IMG/VR virus record: IMGVR_UViG_3300027672_000066
Span: 1 to 27,434 of that record
DNA length: 27,434 nucleotides
From: a virus
Taxonomy: Duplodnaviria > Caudoviricetes
Direction: 5' to 3' (one strand)
Shown here piece by piece: positions 27,058 through 27,434 of this stretch. The translations under genes were made by a program, and so were the position numbers. How positions within the stretch are numbered: the first letter of the stretch is position 1; every line of letters begins with the position of its first letter. Under the pieces are notes generated by a model that saw only the letters and a list, made by a program, of their open reading frames with translations, had not been told where the DNA came from and did not search any database.

Positions 27058-27434
27058 GTGACTCAAAGAATAGTACCAATTTGGAATAGCGACGGAAGTT
27101 GTACAGAAGAAAGTGAGAACAAAACTTTCTGCATGGCTCCGTGGTCACACACATACATATCTCCACAAGCAGAGAGAAGAATGTGTTGTGCGAGTAGAGA
27201 AGAACACTCGTTTCAAAAACAGTATATCGATGCGACTAACGATGAGAAGTATGGCGAGATAAAAGAATCTAAAACACTAGCAGACGATTTCAATCCTGTC
27301 AGTTTAGAAGAACATTGGAACTCACCATATATGAAAGACATTCGGAAGAAACTTATGGCAGGCGAACGCATATCACAATGTGATGTGTGTAATGATGACA
27401 TACTTAGTATCTCTTCGTATCGTAAATGGTTTAC
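27058..27434 (+). CDS. N-terminal twitch/SPASM domain of a probable fourth radical SAM enzyme (RS4), 3' truncated
   Basis: Not in the ORF track. GTG start 7 nt after AGGA, open to the window end: ...KTFCMAPWSHTYISPQAERRMCCAS...SLEEHWNSPYMKDIRKKLMAGERISQCDVC... The CxxxCxxC motif would lie beyond the window. Confidence 0.85.
   Translation, partial: MTQRIVPIWNSDGSCTEESENKTFCMAPWSHTYISPQAERRMCCASREEHSFQKQYIDATNDEKYGEIKESKTLADDFNPVSLEEHWNSPYMKDIRKKLMAGERISQCDVCNDDILSISSYRKWF

Noticed and set aside
1846-27401. Other short overlapping ORFs in the track (for example 1846-2145, 6479-6865, 12075-12467, 20396-20680, 25581-25922, 27213-27401)
   Set aside because: They lie within or opposite well-supported genes and show no recognisable motifs.
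1-27434. Alternative genetic code (TAG or TGA recoding) as in some large phages
   Set aside because: Genes up to 9 kb are intact in the standard code, and TAG (24291-24293) and TGA (19777-19779) end genes at points where the next gene overlaps.

Overview
AT-rich window from a large contractile-tailed (T4-related, probably jumbo) bacteriophage, read in the standard genetic code. The left part (1-17404) is a baseplate/tail module. It holds the 3' end of a gp5/VgrG-like spike gene, a GH24 lysozyme-fold gene that appears to have lost its catalytic residues, an antisense bacterial-type clpP with its own sigma70 promoter, gp25, an enlarged gp6 wedge (1519 aa), a 3027-aa wedge/fibre protein and two smaller virion proteins. 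The two giant proteins carry four copies of a ~48-aa inserted module (one copy nested inside another) and a five-fold nested set of flagellin-IN-like domains. A 255-bp intergenic region with multi-stem RNA potential and a sigma70 promoter separates this from a tightly coupled operon (17660 to the window end). That operon encodes three GT-A glycosyltransferase-like proteins, two hypothetical proteins, a GT10-like glycosyltransferase, three complete radical SAM enzymes with an N-terminal twitch/SPASM-like Fe-S domain plus the start of a probable fourth, and a hidden 17-codon coupled ORF. It is the best candidate for an undescribed system: phage-encoded glycan assembly with radical-SAM tailoring. 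All family calls come from motif recognition by eye; no database search was run.
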